Assembly: GCA_964362195.1 (NCBI GenBank)
Contig: CAYICZ010000003.1
Location: 1-53,284, forward strand
Reading direction: 5' to 3'
Length of the DNA: 53,284 nt
DNA from: an uncultured Gammaproteobacteria bacterium
GTDB lineage: Bacteria; Patescibacteriota; Microgenomatia; Daviesbacterales; UBA10151
Below are positions 1 through 9,705 of this stretch, piece after piece; within the stretch, counting starts at the first letter, position 1, and each line of letters opens with the position of its first letter. The notes beneath the pieces were generated by a model that saw nothing but the letters and a program-made list of their open reading frames with translations, did no database searches and had not been told where the DNA came from. Position numbers and translations under genes: made by a program.

Positions 1-598
1 TCCACTCATCAACCTTATTCATTAACTCCTCAACTGCTTTTACAGCTTCCGGATCACCCTCCAAAGCTTTTTTAGCAGAACCGCGAATTATTGGAGATTG
101 CGGATCATATTCATATTTTTTAAGTAAATCCCTAACTTCTTCTTCCACCAGATCAAGCAGTTCCGGATCATCAACCATGTCACATTTATTAAGAAATACC
201 ACAATTGCCGGAACTCCCACCTGTCTGGCCAAAAGCAAATGTTCCCTTGTTTGCGGCATTGGTCCATCAGGAGCAGAAACCACTAAAATGGCGCCATCTG
301 TTTGGGCGGCGCCGGTAATCATGTTTTTAATATAATCTGCATGTCCAGGCATGTCGATATGAGCATAATGCCTTTTTTCTGTTTCGTATTCCTGATGGGA
401 AATATTAATGGTAATTCCGCGGGCTTTTTCCTCGGGAGCATTGTCAATTTGATCAACTGACCTTTTTTCTGCCAAACCTTTAGCAGCCAGGACATTAGTA
501 ATTGCTGCAGTTAGCGTGGTTTTGCCATGGTCAACATGACCCATGGTCCCAACATTTACGTGTGGTTTGCTTCTATCAAATTTTTTCTGTTCAGCCAT
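1..598 (-). CDS. tuf: Elongation factor Tu, 5' part; runs off the window edge
   Basis: Not in the ORF track. Manual translation from ATG 598: [28 protein letters not shown]...RGITI...[18 protein letters not shown]...NKCD (EF-Tu G-domain motifs). Confidence 0.98.
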   Translation of the reverse strand, partial: MAEQKKFDRSKPHVNVGTMGHVDHGKTTLTAAITNVLAAKGLAEKRSVDQIDNAPEEKARGITINISHQEYETEKRHYAHIDMPGHADYIKNMITGAAQTDGAILVVSAPDGPMPQTREHLLLARQVGVPAIVVFLNKCDMVDDPELLDLVEEEVRDLLKKYEYDPQSPIIRGSAKKALEGDPEAVKAVEELMNKVDEW

Positions 599-657
599 AA
601 TTTTAATATTTTACCCTATGTGGGCAATAAATACCAGCCCTTAAGCTGGTAGTTGTA

Positions 658-686
658 AATATACAATAAAAGTAGCAATTATGCAA
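658..686 (-). promoter_or_regulatory. Sigma70-type promoter for tuf
   Basis: TTGCAT (686-681), 17-nt spacer, TG-TATATT (663-658). A 7-bp hairpin TACCAGC/GCTGGTA follows at 632-651. Confidence 0.6.
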
Positions 687-1191
687 GAGGTGAATTACTA
701 TTAGAGAAACTATAAAATCCACAAGTTTCAATTGCTTTCCTATGTACAAATGTGAGAAATGTTTCAAGATTAAAAATATTGGTTGGAAAATCCGTGATAT
801 TACAAGTCATAAGCAACATCTTTTTATATCGCATAATCATTGCACCAAGGAAAAAATCAGTTACTGAAACTTTTTTACCATCTTCCTTGTAAATTTCTGC
901 TAATTTTGTTGCATCTTGTGTAACCTCGCTAGTTATCGGAAGAAAGGCATCTACTATATCTTCTACATACTGACGTTTTTCTGCCAACTTCTTTTCATCC
1001 GAACCACCCTTGATAAACTCCGTTAAAACACATTCCAAAGTAACTAATACGCACCCATTTCCCTTTAATTCATTAAAAATATTCGCAAATTTTGCTGGGG
1101 CACTACTTGCATCGATAAATACAGTAGTGTCTAGAAGAATATGCCGATCTTTAGTGGCTGAGAGAAAATCTGAGTTTTTGATTATGTTCAT
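679..1191 (-). CDS. PIN-domain (VapC-like) ribonuclease toxin
   Basis: PIN acidic motifs: ILLDTTVFID, VLTEF, SVTDFFLGA, TCNITDF. Confidence 0.85.
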   Translation of the reverse strand: MNIIKNSDFLSATKDRHILLDTTVFIDASSAPAKFANIFNELKGNGCVLVTLECVLTEFIKGGSDEKKLAEKRQYVEDIVDAFLPITSEVTQDATKLAEIYKEDGKKVSVTDFFLGAMIMRYKKMLLMTCNITDFPTNIFNLETFLTFVHRKAIETCGFYSFSNSNSPLA

Positions 1192-1342
1192 TTTCTTCCT
1201 CTTGTAATTTTTTCTCCTCTTCCTCTAAGTACCCTTTAACCTTTTTTGCTAAAATCTCAAATTTGTGAACATCTATCCTTTTAGTCTTTGGTTTTGATAG
1301 AGGATTCTCTAAAATTGGAGTAGTAGATTTCTTAGTAGACAT
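1151..1342 (-). CDS. Small charged protein (63 aa), putative antitoxin of the downstream PIN toxin
   Basis: ATG 1342 follows a strong SD (TAGGAGGT). Overlaps the PIN gene by 41 nt. Basic N-terminus, acidic C-terminal helix. The track start at 1375 is probably too long. Confidence 0.6.
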   Translation of the reverse strand: MSTKKSTTPILENPLSKPKTKRIDVHKFEILAKKVKGYLEEEEKKLQEEENEHNQKLRFSLSH

Positions 1343-1370
1343 AACATTACCTCCTAAAATAACTATACAT

Positions 1371-1399
1371 ATCATAATCTGTGAAAAAAATTATGACAA
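1371..1399 (-). promoter_or_regulatory. Sigma70-type promoter of the small-protein/PIN module
   Basis: TTGTCA (1399-1394), 17 nt, TATGAT (1376-1371). Confidence 0.6.
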
Positions 1400-1459
1400 G
1401 ATAGCAGATTAGAGGAGGACGAAGATGTTGCCGTCTAAATCTTACTTGTAGTAAAAGAT

Positions 1460-1711
1460 TTATTTGTAAATATCTCCTCTATGACCAACAGTTTTAATGG
1501 AAATAATTTCCCGTTCAAAATCAACGCTATAGATTATTCTAATTGGAGGAATTTTTACTCTGTAAGATCCTGCGTATTCGCCAGACATCTTCTCTCCCAA
1601 AAAAGGATTAGCAACTAAGACATCTATTGACACCGAAACCTTATCTAAAAATCTTTTGTCTAACCTTTTAAGATCTTTTTTTGCGCGATTTGATAGTTTT
1701 ATTTGAAACAT
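1460..1711 (-). CDS. RelE/ParE-family toxin
   Basis: 83 aa, basic: IKLSNRAKKDLKRL...YRVKIPPIRIIYSVD...IKTVGHRGDIYK. Lies downstream of a Phd/YefM antitoxin. Confidence 0.9.
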   Translation of the reverse strand: MFQIKLSNRAKKDLKRLDKRFLDKVSVSIDVLVANPFLGEKMSGEYAGSYRVKIPPIRIIYSVDFEREIISIKTVGHRGDIYK

Positions 1712-1976
1712 CCAGACCTAGTTCTTTTTTAACATCTTCCCAATCTACTACACGTCCGGCTTTTATGTCTGCTTCACCTTCTTTAATTCCTTCAACCAGT
1801 TCTGGATCAGACATAACATCTAGTGTTGCTTCCCAAGAAGCTAATTCTTCCGGAGAAACGAGAACTGCCTTTGTTTCACCTTTATTAGTAATTGCCACCG
1901 ATTTACCAGATAGAGCTACTTTATCAATGAGATCGTATAAATTGGCGCGAGCTTGGGTTGCAGAAACTGTAATCAT
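1668..1976 (-). CDS. Phd/YefM-family antitoxin
   Basis: MITVSATQARANLYDLIDKV...VAITNKGETKAVLVSPEE...WEATLDVMSDPEL; typical Phd/YefM fold. Confidence 0.92.
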   Translation of the reverse strand: MITVSATQARANLYDLIDKVALSGKSVAITNKGETKAVLVSPEELASWEATLDVMSDPELVEGIKEGEADIKAGRVVDWEDVKKELGLDVSNKTIKSRKKRS

Positions 1977-1984
1977 ATAAAGCT

Positions 1985-2013
1985 ATTGTACGCTTTTCCG
2001 TACGCTCTGTCAA
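1985..2013 (-). promoter_or_regulatory. Promoter plus paired GTAC-core operator of the yefM-relE module
   Basis: TTGACA (2013-2008), 17 nt, TACAAT (1990-1985). CGTACG (1999-2004) and TGTACG (1987-1992) lie 12 bp apart. Confidence 0.75.
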
Positions 2014-2023
2014 AATTATATTT

Positions 2024-2629
2024 CTATGGAGCAAGGCGGTTTAAGATTCTGCCAAGAAGAGAATCAGTGCTTTCAACAACTTCCCCATTTTCAGCAGAAA
2101 CAAAAGCTTCCACTCCGGTTTTGATCGGGATAAAACCTAGCAGTTTGTGAGTTTTATTCCCCTTAACTTTATAAACCAGCACCCCATTTTTAGTTTCCAA
2201 GTTTACCAAATCCGGAATACTTGCCAAATCATTATTTACTTTCTCACCCACCACATCAGTCATAACTTTTGAGGCCAGCATGTTATCAATTGCCTGCTGT
2301 GGTAAAACTGTTACCACCTTAGATCCTGCCGGAGTTGTGACAGTTAGTTGTCCTGTGGTTGAGTCAACAGAGATAGGGAAGTTTGACAAAGCCCCAACTC
2401 TTTTATTTACCAAGGCTGTCTGACCTCCAGATGTGGCTATATTAAAATCTTCCTTTTCCATCATCATTGCATTTTTGGAAACATCTGCTTTGGCTAGATA
2501 TACTCCAGCCACAGAAGATTTGCCGTTATTATAATTTCTGCTAACCGGTATCAAAGCAGAAACAAACAGACCGGCAATTGCGAGAATTCCCAATAAATGA
2601 ATAAAACCTGATTCTTTTTGAGAGGACAT
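2024..2629 (-). CDS. Membrane-anchored/exported protein with a pilin-like N-terminus and a PepSY-like C-terminus
   Basis: N-terminal KESG-FIHLL followed by a hydrophobic helix. C-terminal VNLETKNGVLVYKV...FVSAENGEVV resembles PepSY. Confidence 0.55.
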   Translation of the reverse strand: MSSQKESGFIHLLGILAIAGLFVSALIPVSRNYNNGKSSVAGVYLAKADVSKNAMMMEKEDFNIATSGGQTALVNKRVGALSNFPISVDSTTGQLTVTTPAGSKVVTVLPQQAIDNMLASKVMTDVVGEKVNNDLASIPDLVNLETKNGVLVYKVKGNKTHKLLGFIPIKTGVEAFVSAENGEVVESTDSLLGRILNRLAP

Positions 2630-2635
2630 AACTTA

Positions 2636-2664
2636 AGCTTAGAAGGTATGGTTTACTTTGTCAA
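2636..2664 (-). promoter_or_regulatory. Sigma70-type promoter, probably leaderless, for 2024..2629
   Basis: TTGACA (2664-2659), 17 nt, TAAGCT (2641-2636), then 6 nt to the ATG. Confidence 0.6.
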
Positions 2665-2666
2665 AT

Positions 2667-4805
2667 TTAATGCTCAACACGGCCGGTGAAGCCTGAAGAT
2701 TCAACTATTTTGGCAGTAATTTGGGCCGGCACCGGTTCATAATGATCTGCTTCCATGTAATAAGTGGCTCTGCCCTGAGACATAGATCTTATGGCTGTGG
2801 CATAGCCATGCATTTCAGCTAAAGGCACAAAGGCTAAAACAACTCTGGCTTTATTAACTGTTTCAGATGAAACAATCTGGGCTCTTTTGGAAGATAAATC
2901 TCCAATAATTTCTCCTAAAAACTCCTCCGGGGTGGTTACTTCCACCTTCATAATAGGCTCAAGCAGAATCATGGCAGCGCCCTTGGCTGCCTCAGATAGA
3001 CCCAAAGATGCAGCAATTTTAAAAGCTATTTCAGATGAGTCAACATCATGGAAAGACCCATCATAAACTGTAACTTTAATATCAGTGACCGGGTATCCTG
3101 CTAAAATTCCAGTGTCTTCTTTCTCAATAACACCTTTTTCAATTGGAGAAATAAACTCCCTGGGAATTGCTCCACCAACCACTGCTGATTCAAATTCCCT
3201 GCCTTGTCCTCTTGGTAGAGGTTCAATTCTAAGCAAGCAGTGCCCATATTGTCCCCTGCCTCCTGTTTGTCTAATATATTTACCCTCACCTTTTGCTTCT
3301 TTGGTAATGGTCTCTTTGTAAGCTACCTGTGGTTGACCAACATTTGCTTCAACCTTAAACTCACGTTTCATCCTATCAACCAAAATCTCAAGCTGCAACT
3401 CTCCCATTCCGGCAATAATTGTCTGCTCTGTTTCCGGATCTGACTTAACTCTAAAAGTGGGGTCTTCCTCAGCCAGTCTTTGCAAGGCATAACCCAGCTT
3501 TTCCTGATCTGATTTGGTTTTTGGCTCAATTGCCAAAGATATAACCGGCTCCGGAAAGGAAATAGATTCCAAAATTATGGGTGAGGTCTCATCACACAAA
3601 GTATTTCCGGTGATTGTATCTTTAAGCCCAACTGCTGCCACAATCTCTCCTGCATATGCTTCCTCAATTTCTTCCCGGTCATTGGCATGCATTAAAAGCA
3701 GTCTGCCAACCCGTTCTTTAATCTGCTTAGTAGCATTATAAATATAACTGCCGGATTTTAGAGTTCCTGAATAAATTCTGATAAAGGTTAATTTTCCAAC
3801 ATGAGGATCAACCTGAATTTTAAAAGCCAAAGCACCCAAGGGTGCAGAGGCTTCTGCTAATCTAGTTTCCTCTTCATTAGTTGTTGGATTAATCCCGGTA
3901 AACTCCGGAATATCCTGTGGGGAGGGTAAATATTCCACCACACAGTCAAGCATTGGCTGGACACCTTTATTTCGCAAACTGGATCCTGCCAAGACCGGAA
4001 CGATCTTATTGGCTATAACAGCTTTTCTAAGAGCAGCTTTTAACTCTTCAACTGAGATTTCCACACCTTCCAGATATTTCTCCATCAAAATATCATCTGA
4101 TCCGGCAATCTCTTCTACCAATTTTTCCCGGTATTTTTCTACATCCGAGACCATGTCCGATGGTATATCAATCTGATGGAATTTTGCTCCTGTATCATCA
4201 CCTTCCCAGATATAGGCTGTTTTGGTCAGTAGATCTACCACTCCTTTAAAGTCATTTTCTTTGCCTATTGGCAAATTGTAAGCCAGCGCATTTGCACCCA
4301 GTCTATCTCTGGCAGATTGGATTGTGCCATGAAAATCAGCTCCCACCACATCCATTTTGTTGGAAAAAGCAATTAAGGGAACTTTATATTTATTTGCCTG
4401 TCTCCAGACTGTCTCTGTTTGGGATTGCACTCCTGATGACGAATCCAAAACAATCACTCCGCCATCCAATACCCTAAGGGATCTTTCCACCTCAGCTGTA
4501 AAATCAACGTGCCCCGGGGTATCAATTAAATTAATTCTGGTTTCTATATCTTTAAAAGGTCCGCTCTTTGGAATCCAAAAAGTAGTAATGGCAGCTGAGA
4601 CAATGGTAATACCTCGCTCACGTTCCTGCTCCATCCAGTCTGTGGTGGTTGTTCCCTCATCAATATCACCTATCTTGTAGGTTTTACCTGTGTAAAAAAG
4701 GATCCTCTCTGTAGTGGTGGTTTTACCGGCATCAATATGGGCAATAATACCGATGTTTCTGATTCTATCAAGAGGAAAATCACGCTTGGTTTTTAAATCA
4801 GCCAT
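2667..4805 (-). CDS. fusA: Elongation factor G
   Basis: [38 protein letters not shown]; 712 aa. Confidence 0.99.
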   Translation of the reverse strand: MADLKTKRDFPLDRIRNIGIIAHIDAGKTTTTERILFYTGKTYKIGDIDEGTTTTDWMEQERERGITIVSAAITTFWIPKSGPFKDIETRINLIDTPGHVDFTAEVERSLRVLDGGVIVLDSSSGVQSQTETVWRQANKYKVPLIAFSNKMDVVGADFHGTIQSARDRLGANALAYNLPIGKENDFKGVVDLLTKTAYIWEGDDTGAKFHQIDIPSDMVSDVEKYREKLVEEIAGSDDILMEKYLEGVEISVEELKAALRKAVIANKIVPVLAGSSLRNKGVQPMLDCVVEYLPSPQDIPEFTGINPTTNEEETRLAEASAPLGALAFKIQVDPHVGKLTFIRIYSGTLKSGSYIYNATKQIKERVGRLLLMHANDREEIEEAYAGEIVAAVGLKDTITGNTLCDETSPIILESISFPEPVISLAIEPKTKSDQEKLGYALQRLAEEDPTFRVKSDPETEQTIIAGMGELQLEILVDRMKREFKVEANVGQPQVAYKETITKEAKGEGKYIRQTGGRGQYGHCLLRIEPLPRGQGREFESAVVGGAIPREFISPIEKGVIEKEDTGILAGYPVTDIKVTVYDGSFHDVDSSEIAFKIAASLGLSEAAKGAAMILLEPIMKVEVTTPEEFLGEIIGDLSSKRAQIVSSETVNKARVVLAFVPLAEMHGYATAIRSMSQGRATYYMEADHYEPVPAQITAKIVESSGFTGRVEH

Positions 4806-5029
4806 TACTTGCCTGCCTCCAAGCCTTTAATTATCTTTTTAACTTCCTCAATCCTGACTCTGGTTGTCACAGCATCCTCAATAGCCATGGTATAAGCTGC
4901 ATTTTCAGATAAATCTCCTTCTTGGGCAGCAACACCTTTTTTAAGATAAATAGCTTCCAGATCTTTTTCCAGCTGAACCAAATTATCCTTCCACATCTTC
5001 AGTTTTTCCTGTCTTAATTTATTGTCCAT
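4805..5029 (-). CDS. Stand-alone GreA/GreB N-terminal coiled-coil protein (74 aa)
   Basis: [13 protein letters not shown] matches the Gre acidic tip, flanked by two amphipathic helices. No C-terminal globular domain. TAATG overlap with fusA. Confidence 0.75.
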   Translation of the reverse strand: MDNKLRQEKLKMWKDNLVQLEKDLEAIYLKKGVAAQEGDLSENAAYTMAIEDAVTTRVRIEEVKKIIKGLEAGK

Positions 5030-5052
5030 ATTTATATATTACTGGAATTACT

Positions 5053-5529
5053 TTACCATCTGAAGTGGGCAAAGGCACGGTTAGCATTAGCCACTTTTTG
5101 CATATCTTCTTTTTTCTTAATTGCTGATCCTGCGTTATTAGCTGCATCCATTATCTCAGCTGCCAGTTTTTTACCAAATCCATGAAAAGTGGAATTTGAT
5201 CTTGATTTTGCTCCGGCAATTAACCACCTGATGGCCAAAGCTTCTTTTCTATCTCCTCTAACTTCAACCGGCACCTGATATGAAGCTCCACCAACTCTTC
5301 TTGGCCTAACTTCCATTTTTGGAGCCACATTAGTAATAGCTGTTTCAAAAACTGCAAGCGGATCTTGTTTTGTAGAAGCCTTGATTTCATCCAGCGCTTT
5401 ATAAACCACTGCCTGTGAGGTAGATTTTTTACCATCATGCATGACTTTATTAATAAAACGGGATAGCAATCTTGATCCATAAATTGGATCCAGCGGCAAT
5501 ATTCGATTTGGGGCTTTTTTGCTTCTCAT
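5053..5529 (-). CDS. rpsG: 30S ribosomal protein S7
   Basis: DPIYGS, GKKS, EVRPRRVGGASYQVPVEV, ANRAFAHFRW. Confidence 0.99.
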   Translation of the reverse strand: MRSKKAPNRILPLDPIYGSRLLSRFINKVMHDGKKSTSQAVVYKALDEIKASTKQDPLAVFETAITNVAPKMEVRPRRVGGASYQVPVEVRGDRKEALAIRWLIAGAKSRSNSTFHGFGKKLAAEIMDAANNAGSAIKKKEDMQKVANANRAFAHFRW

Positions 5530-5535
5530 ATATTT

Positions 5536-6006
5536 TTAAGCTGGCAGAGCTGATTCCACTGGAGCTGCAACTGGAGCAGCTTTGGCAATTGGTCCTCCTC
5601 CACCTGATTTTGTGCCATAGATTGATCTGGCTTGTTTTCTACCCTGCACTCCTGCTAAATCATATTTTCCTCTGACTAAATGATACTTAACTCCTGGTAA
5701 ATCCTTTACCCTTCCACCTCTAACTAACACAATTCCATGCTCAGCTAGCGAGTGTCCTTCGCCCTGAATATAGGCTGTAACTTCAGCTCTGTTGGAAAGT
5801 CTTACTCTGGCCACTTTACGCAAGGCTGAATTAGGTTTTTTTGGAGTCATTGTTTTAACCAGAATCACCACTCCCCGCTTTTGCGGATTATATTCCTGGG
5901 TGTATTTCCTGTCTTTAGCATTAAAGCTACGTCTTAGAGCAGTTGCTTTGATCTTTTTAACAATTACTTTTCTGCCATGTCTTACTAATTGATTAATGGT
6001 TGGCAT
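5536..6006 (-). CDS. rpsL: 30S ribosomal protein S12 with an Ala/Pro-rich C-terminal extension
   Basis: [39 protein letters not shown]. Confidence 0.99.
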   Translation of the reverse strand: MPTINQLVRHGRKVIVKKIKATALRRSFNAKDRKYTQEYNPQKRGVVILVKTMTPKKPNSALRKVARVRLSNRAEVTAYIQGEGHSLAEHGIVLVRGGRVKDLPGVKYHLVRGKYDLAGVQGRKQARSIYGTKSGGGGPIAKAAPVAAPVESALPA

Positions 6007-6008
6007 AT

Positions 6009-9000
6009 TTAACCTTCTATTCTTGCTCTTTCCTCAGAAGTGGGAATCAGCCTGCCAATTATAACATTTTCTTTAAGCCCGATTAATTTATCTGATTTTC
6101 CCTGGATTGCAGCATCAGATAATATGGATGTAGTTTCCTGGAATGAAGCAGCTGACAGGAAGCTTTCTGTTTGAAGCGAAGCTCTGGTTATACCTAATAT
6201 GACCACCTCTGCTGTTGATGGCTCACCACCACCTGCTAAAACTCTTTTATTTTCATCTTCAAATCTTAACTGATCTACAATTTCACCCGGCAAAAGGTTG
6301 GTATCACCTTGAGATTCAATTCTTACCTTATCAGACATTTTTCTGACAATAACTTCAAAGTGTTTTTCATTAATAGGCACACCTTGTGATTCATAAACCC
6401 CTCTTACCTCATCAACAATATATCTTTGTGCAGCTTTTAGCCCCTGAATTCTAAGGATTTCTTTAACATCCATATGACCTGAGGCTAAAATAGATCCGGC
6501 ATCAATTAACTGTCCTTCCTCAACCAAAAGAGTTGAAGTTGCCGGAATAATATATTCTCTTTCTTCATGTGGCTTAGAAGTGGTTCTAACTCTGACTCTA
6601 ACTCCAAGTCCGCCTTCCACAATTGAAACCTTACCGGCAATTTCTGAAATAGGAGAAACTATTTTTGGCGTTCTGGCCTCGTATAACTCCTCCACCCTTG
6701 GCAAACCTTGAGTAATATCAAGTCCCACAATACCTCCGGTATGGAATGTTCTCATAGTTAGCTGAGTTCCAGGCTCACCAATAGCTTGTGCTGCCACCAC
6801 TCCAACAGGAGTTCCAATGCCAACTAATTCTCTTGTTGTTAAATCATAACCATAACAAAGTTTACAAATTCCATATTTTGCGCCGCAAGTTAGGGGAGAC
6901 CTTGCTATGACAATTTGTACTCCATTCTTTAGAATCTCCTGAATATTTTCTTCTATCATAATAATTCCAGCTTTAACTATTACTTTTCTAGTTTTTGGAT
7001 CTTTAATATCTTCCAAAACAACTCTTCCCAATAATTTTTCTCTGGCATTGTTAAAATTACTTTTTGAAATATCATAATCCAACCCTTTGGTAGTATGACA
7101 ATCATCCATTCTAATAATGACATCATGAGCTACATCAACCAATCTTCTGGTTAAATATCCGGCATCAGCAGTTTTCAAAGCTTTATCAGCCACACCTTTT
7201 CTAGCACCCCTAGCTGAGGTAAAGTATTCAAAAACAGACAAACCCTGTCTATAATTGGATTTGGTAGGTAACTCCACAATTTTTCCTGTTGGATCAGTTG
7301 ATAATCCTCTCATGGCTGAGAGTTGCTTTGCCTGATCTCTTGAACCACGAGCTCCTGCTTCTACCATCATTCTTATTGGATTCTCGGTTCCCAAAAAGTC
7401 CCAGGTAGCACTGGCTAAATCTTCGGTTATCTTAATCCAAACCATTTGACCAAGCTGAGATTTTTCTTGTGGAGTAATTAAACCTTTAGCTACGTTGGCT
7501 TCAATTTTCTCAATTTCTCTCTCTGCTTCATCTAGATATTTTTGCTTATCAGGCACCACTTTAGCATCAAAAAGAGAAATAGAAATGCCGGCAATTGTGG
7601 CGCCCCAAAAACCTATTCCTTTAATGTTATCTATAACATCAGATACAGCATCCCTGTCTAGAGTTTCCATGGCTTTAAGAATAATATCTCTGATAGTAAA
7701 TCCTTTAACAGCCTGATTCATAAATCTCATGTGAGGGGGCAGCACTTCATTAAACATGATTCTACCAACAGATGTTTCCAAATCTGCTTTTTCAATTCTA
7801 ACTTTAACTTTTTCCTGCAACTTAACCTTACCTAAACTGTAAGCTCTAATAGCATCTTCTTTTGAAGTAAAAAACTTCAACTTTCCATCTTTTGGCTCAT
7901 ACATTAAAGTGATGTAATAACAACCTAACGCCATTTCCCTGTTTGGCACAGTAATAGGTTGGGCATTAGCAGGTCCAAAGATATTTTCTTTAGCCATCAT
8001 TAAGGTTTTTGCTTCTTCCTGGGCTTTAGTTGAAAGAGGCACATGGACAGCCATTTGATCTCCGTCAAAATCAGCATTAAATCCTGCACAAACACAAGGA
8101 TGAACCTGAATTGCATTACCATCAACCAGCTTTGGGAAGAAAGCTTGAATACCCAGTCTATGAAGAGTTGGTGCACGGTTTATTAAAATCGGGTGGTCTT
8201 CGATAATCTCTTCTAAAATATCCCAAACCTCAGAGGGACGGGTTTCCAGAACATTCTTTGCCCCTTTAACATTTGAAGATAAACCGCGAGATATCATCTC
8301 CCGCAGGACAAACGGCTTAAACATTTCCAAAGCCATTTCTTTTGGTAATCCCACCTGATTTAACCTTAATTTTGGACCAACTACAATAACCGATCTTCCT
8401 GAATAATCAACCCTTTTACCTAGTAAGTTTTGCCTGAATCTTCCCTGTTTTCCGCGCAGCATGTCTGAGAGTGATCTTAAAATATGGGTTGTGACTGGCC
8501 CGCCACGTCTGGATGATCTGGAAGACGCATCAATCAGCGAATCAACAGCCTCCTGAAGCATTCTTTTTTCATTTCTTAAAATAATCTCAGGAGCACCAAG
8601 GTTAATAAGTCTGTTTAATCTATTATTTCTATTTATTACTCTTCTGTATAAATCATTTAAATCAGATGTAGCAAATCTTCCCCCGGGAAGTTGAACCATA
8701 GGACGAAGATCAGGAGGAAGTACCGGCAATACTCTTAAAATTAACCATTCTGATAAAATCCCTGCTCCTCTCATACCCTCAACGATTCTCAGTCTTTTGG
8801 TTGCTTTAATATGTTTTTGGCCTGTTGATTTTCTAACCTCATCCCGCAAATTTGCAGATAATTTATCTAAATCTATCTTTTGTAATACTTCCAAAAGAGC
8901 CTCTGCCCCCATACCAACTGTGGCAAATTCAGATACACCATATTCTGACAGCTTGTAATATTCTTCCTCGGATAAAAGTTTTAAGGGCATAACAGATTTA

Positions 9001-9698
9001 ACCAAATCAGAAACAGCTTTAAATATTCCTTCAATTTGACCGATTTCAACCATCAGATTATCTCTTAGCTTTTGAATTTCATGTCTATTTTTAAGTTCCA
9101 ACTCTTGTGATTCCAGCTCAAATTTCTCTTTTTCCACTTTTTTCTTAAGCTCTAAAACTTGCTTTTTAAGTAAGCTTTCTAAATCTTCAACATTTTTATC
9201 AAGAGCTTTTTTTGACTCCTCTATTTTTGCTGCCAAATCTTTTTCTAGCTTTTCCAAAGCAGCAGTTTTACCATCAGGATCAATCGAAGTAACCAGGTAT
9301 GAGGCAAAATAAACAACTGCTTCCAAATTCTTAGGAGATATATCCAAGATTAAGGATAATTTGCTTGGAGCGCCTTTAACAAACCAGGAATGTGCAACAG
9401 GGGAGGCTAAGCTAATATGACCCATTCTCTCACGTCTTACTTTAGATTGGGTAACTTCCACTCCACACTTATCACAAATTACACCGCGGTAGCGAATTCT
9501 TTTGTATTTTCCGCAATAACATTCATAATCTTTTGTGGGACCAAAAATATTCTCTGAGAAAAGCCCGTCTTTTTCAGCTTTTAGCGTTCTATAATTTATA
9601 GTTTCAGGCTTGGTAACTTCACCAAAGCTCCATGATCTAATCGCATCAGGAGATGCAACTGTTAACCTTAAACTTTCAAAATCCAACAGATCATTCAT
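6009..9698 (-). CDS. rpoC: RNA polymerase beta' subunit
   Basis: [12 protein letters not shown] catalytic motif, CYCGKYK...CDKC zinc site, [13 protein letters not shown]. Start placed at ATG 9698, just after the rpoB stop, rather than 9728. Confidence 0.99.
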   Translation of the reverse strand: MNDLLDFESLRLTVASPDAIRSWSFGEVTKPETINYRTLKAEKDGLFSENIFGPTKDYECYCGKYKRIRYRGVICDKCGVEVTQSKVRRERMGHISLASPVAHSWFVKGAPSKLSLILDISPKNLEAVVYFASYLVTSIDPDGKTAALEKLEKDLAAKIEESKKALDKNVEDLESLLKKQVLELKKKVEKEKFELESQELELKNRHEIQKLRDNLMVEIGQIEGIFKAVSDLVKSVMPLKLLSEEEYYKLSEYGVSEFATVGMGAEALLEVLQKIDLDKLSANLRDEVRKSTGQKHIKATKRLRIVEGMRGAGILSEWLILRVLPVLPPDLRPMVQLPGGRFATSDLNDLYRRVINRNNRLNRLINLGAPEIILRNEKRMLQEAVDSLIDASSRSSRRGGPVTTHILRSLSDMLRGKQGRFRQNLLGKRVDYSGRSVIVVGPKLRLNQVGLPKEMALEMFKPFVLREMISRGLSSNVKGAKNVLETRPSEVWDILEEIIEDHPILINRAPTLHRLGIQAFFPKLVDGNAIQVHPCVCAGFNADFDGDQMAVHVPLSTKAQEEAKTLMMAKENIFGPANAQPITVPNREMALGCYYITLMYEPKDGKLKFFTSKEDAIRAYSLGKVKLQEKVKVRIEKADLETSVGRIMFNEVLPPHMRFMNQAVKGFTIRDIILKAMETLDRDAVSDVIDNIKGIGFWGATIAGISISLFDAKVVPDKQKYLDEAEREIEKIEANVAKGLITPQEKSQLGQMVWIKITEDLASATWDFLGTENPIRMMVEAGARGSRDQAKQLSAMRGLSTDPTGKIVELPTKSNYRQGLSVFEYFTSARGARKGVADKALKTADAGYLTRRLVDVAHDVIIRMDDCHTTKGLDYDISKSNFNNAREKLLGRVVLEDIKDPKTRKVIVKAGIIMIEENIQEILKNGVQIVIARSPLTCGAKYGICKLCYGYDLTTRELVGIGTPVGVVAAQAIGEPGTQLTMRTFHTGGIVGLDITQGLPRVEELYEARTPKIVSPISEIAGKVSIVEGGLGVRVRVRTTSKPHEEREYIIPATSTLLVEEGQLIDAGSILASGHMDVKEILRIQGLKAAQRYIVDEVRGVYESQGVPINEKHFEVIVRKMSDKVRIESQGDTNLLPGEIVDQLRFEDENKRVLAGGGEPSTAEVVILGITRASLQTESFLSAASFQETTSILSDAAIQGKSDKLIGLKENVIIGRLIPTSEERARIEG

Positions 9699-9705
9699 AT
9701 TTTTA

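Noticed and set aside
1437-1464. AT-rich inverted repeat after relE as a terminator
   Set aside because: The stem is weak and bulged with no clear U tract; not distinguishable from chance.
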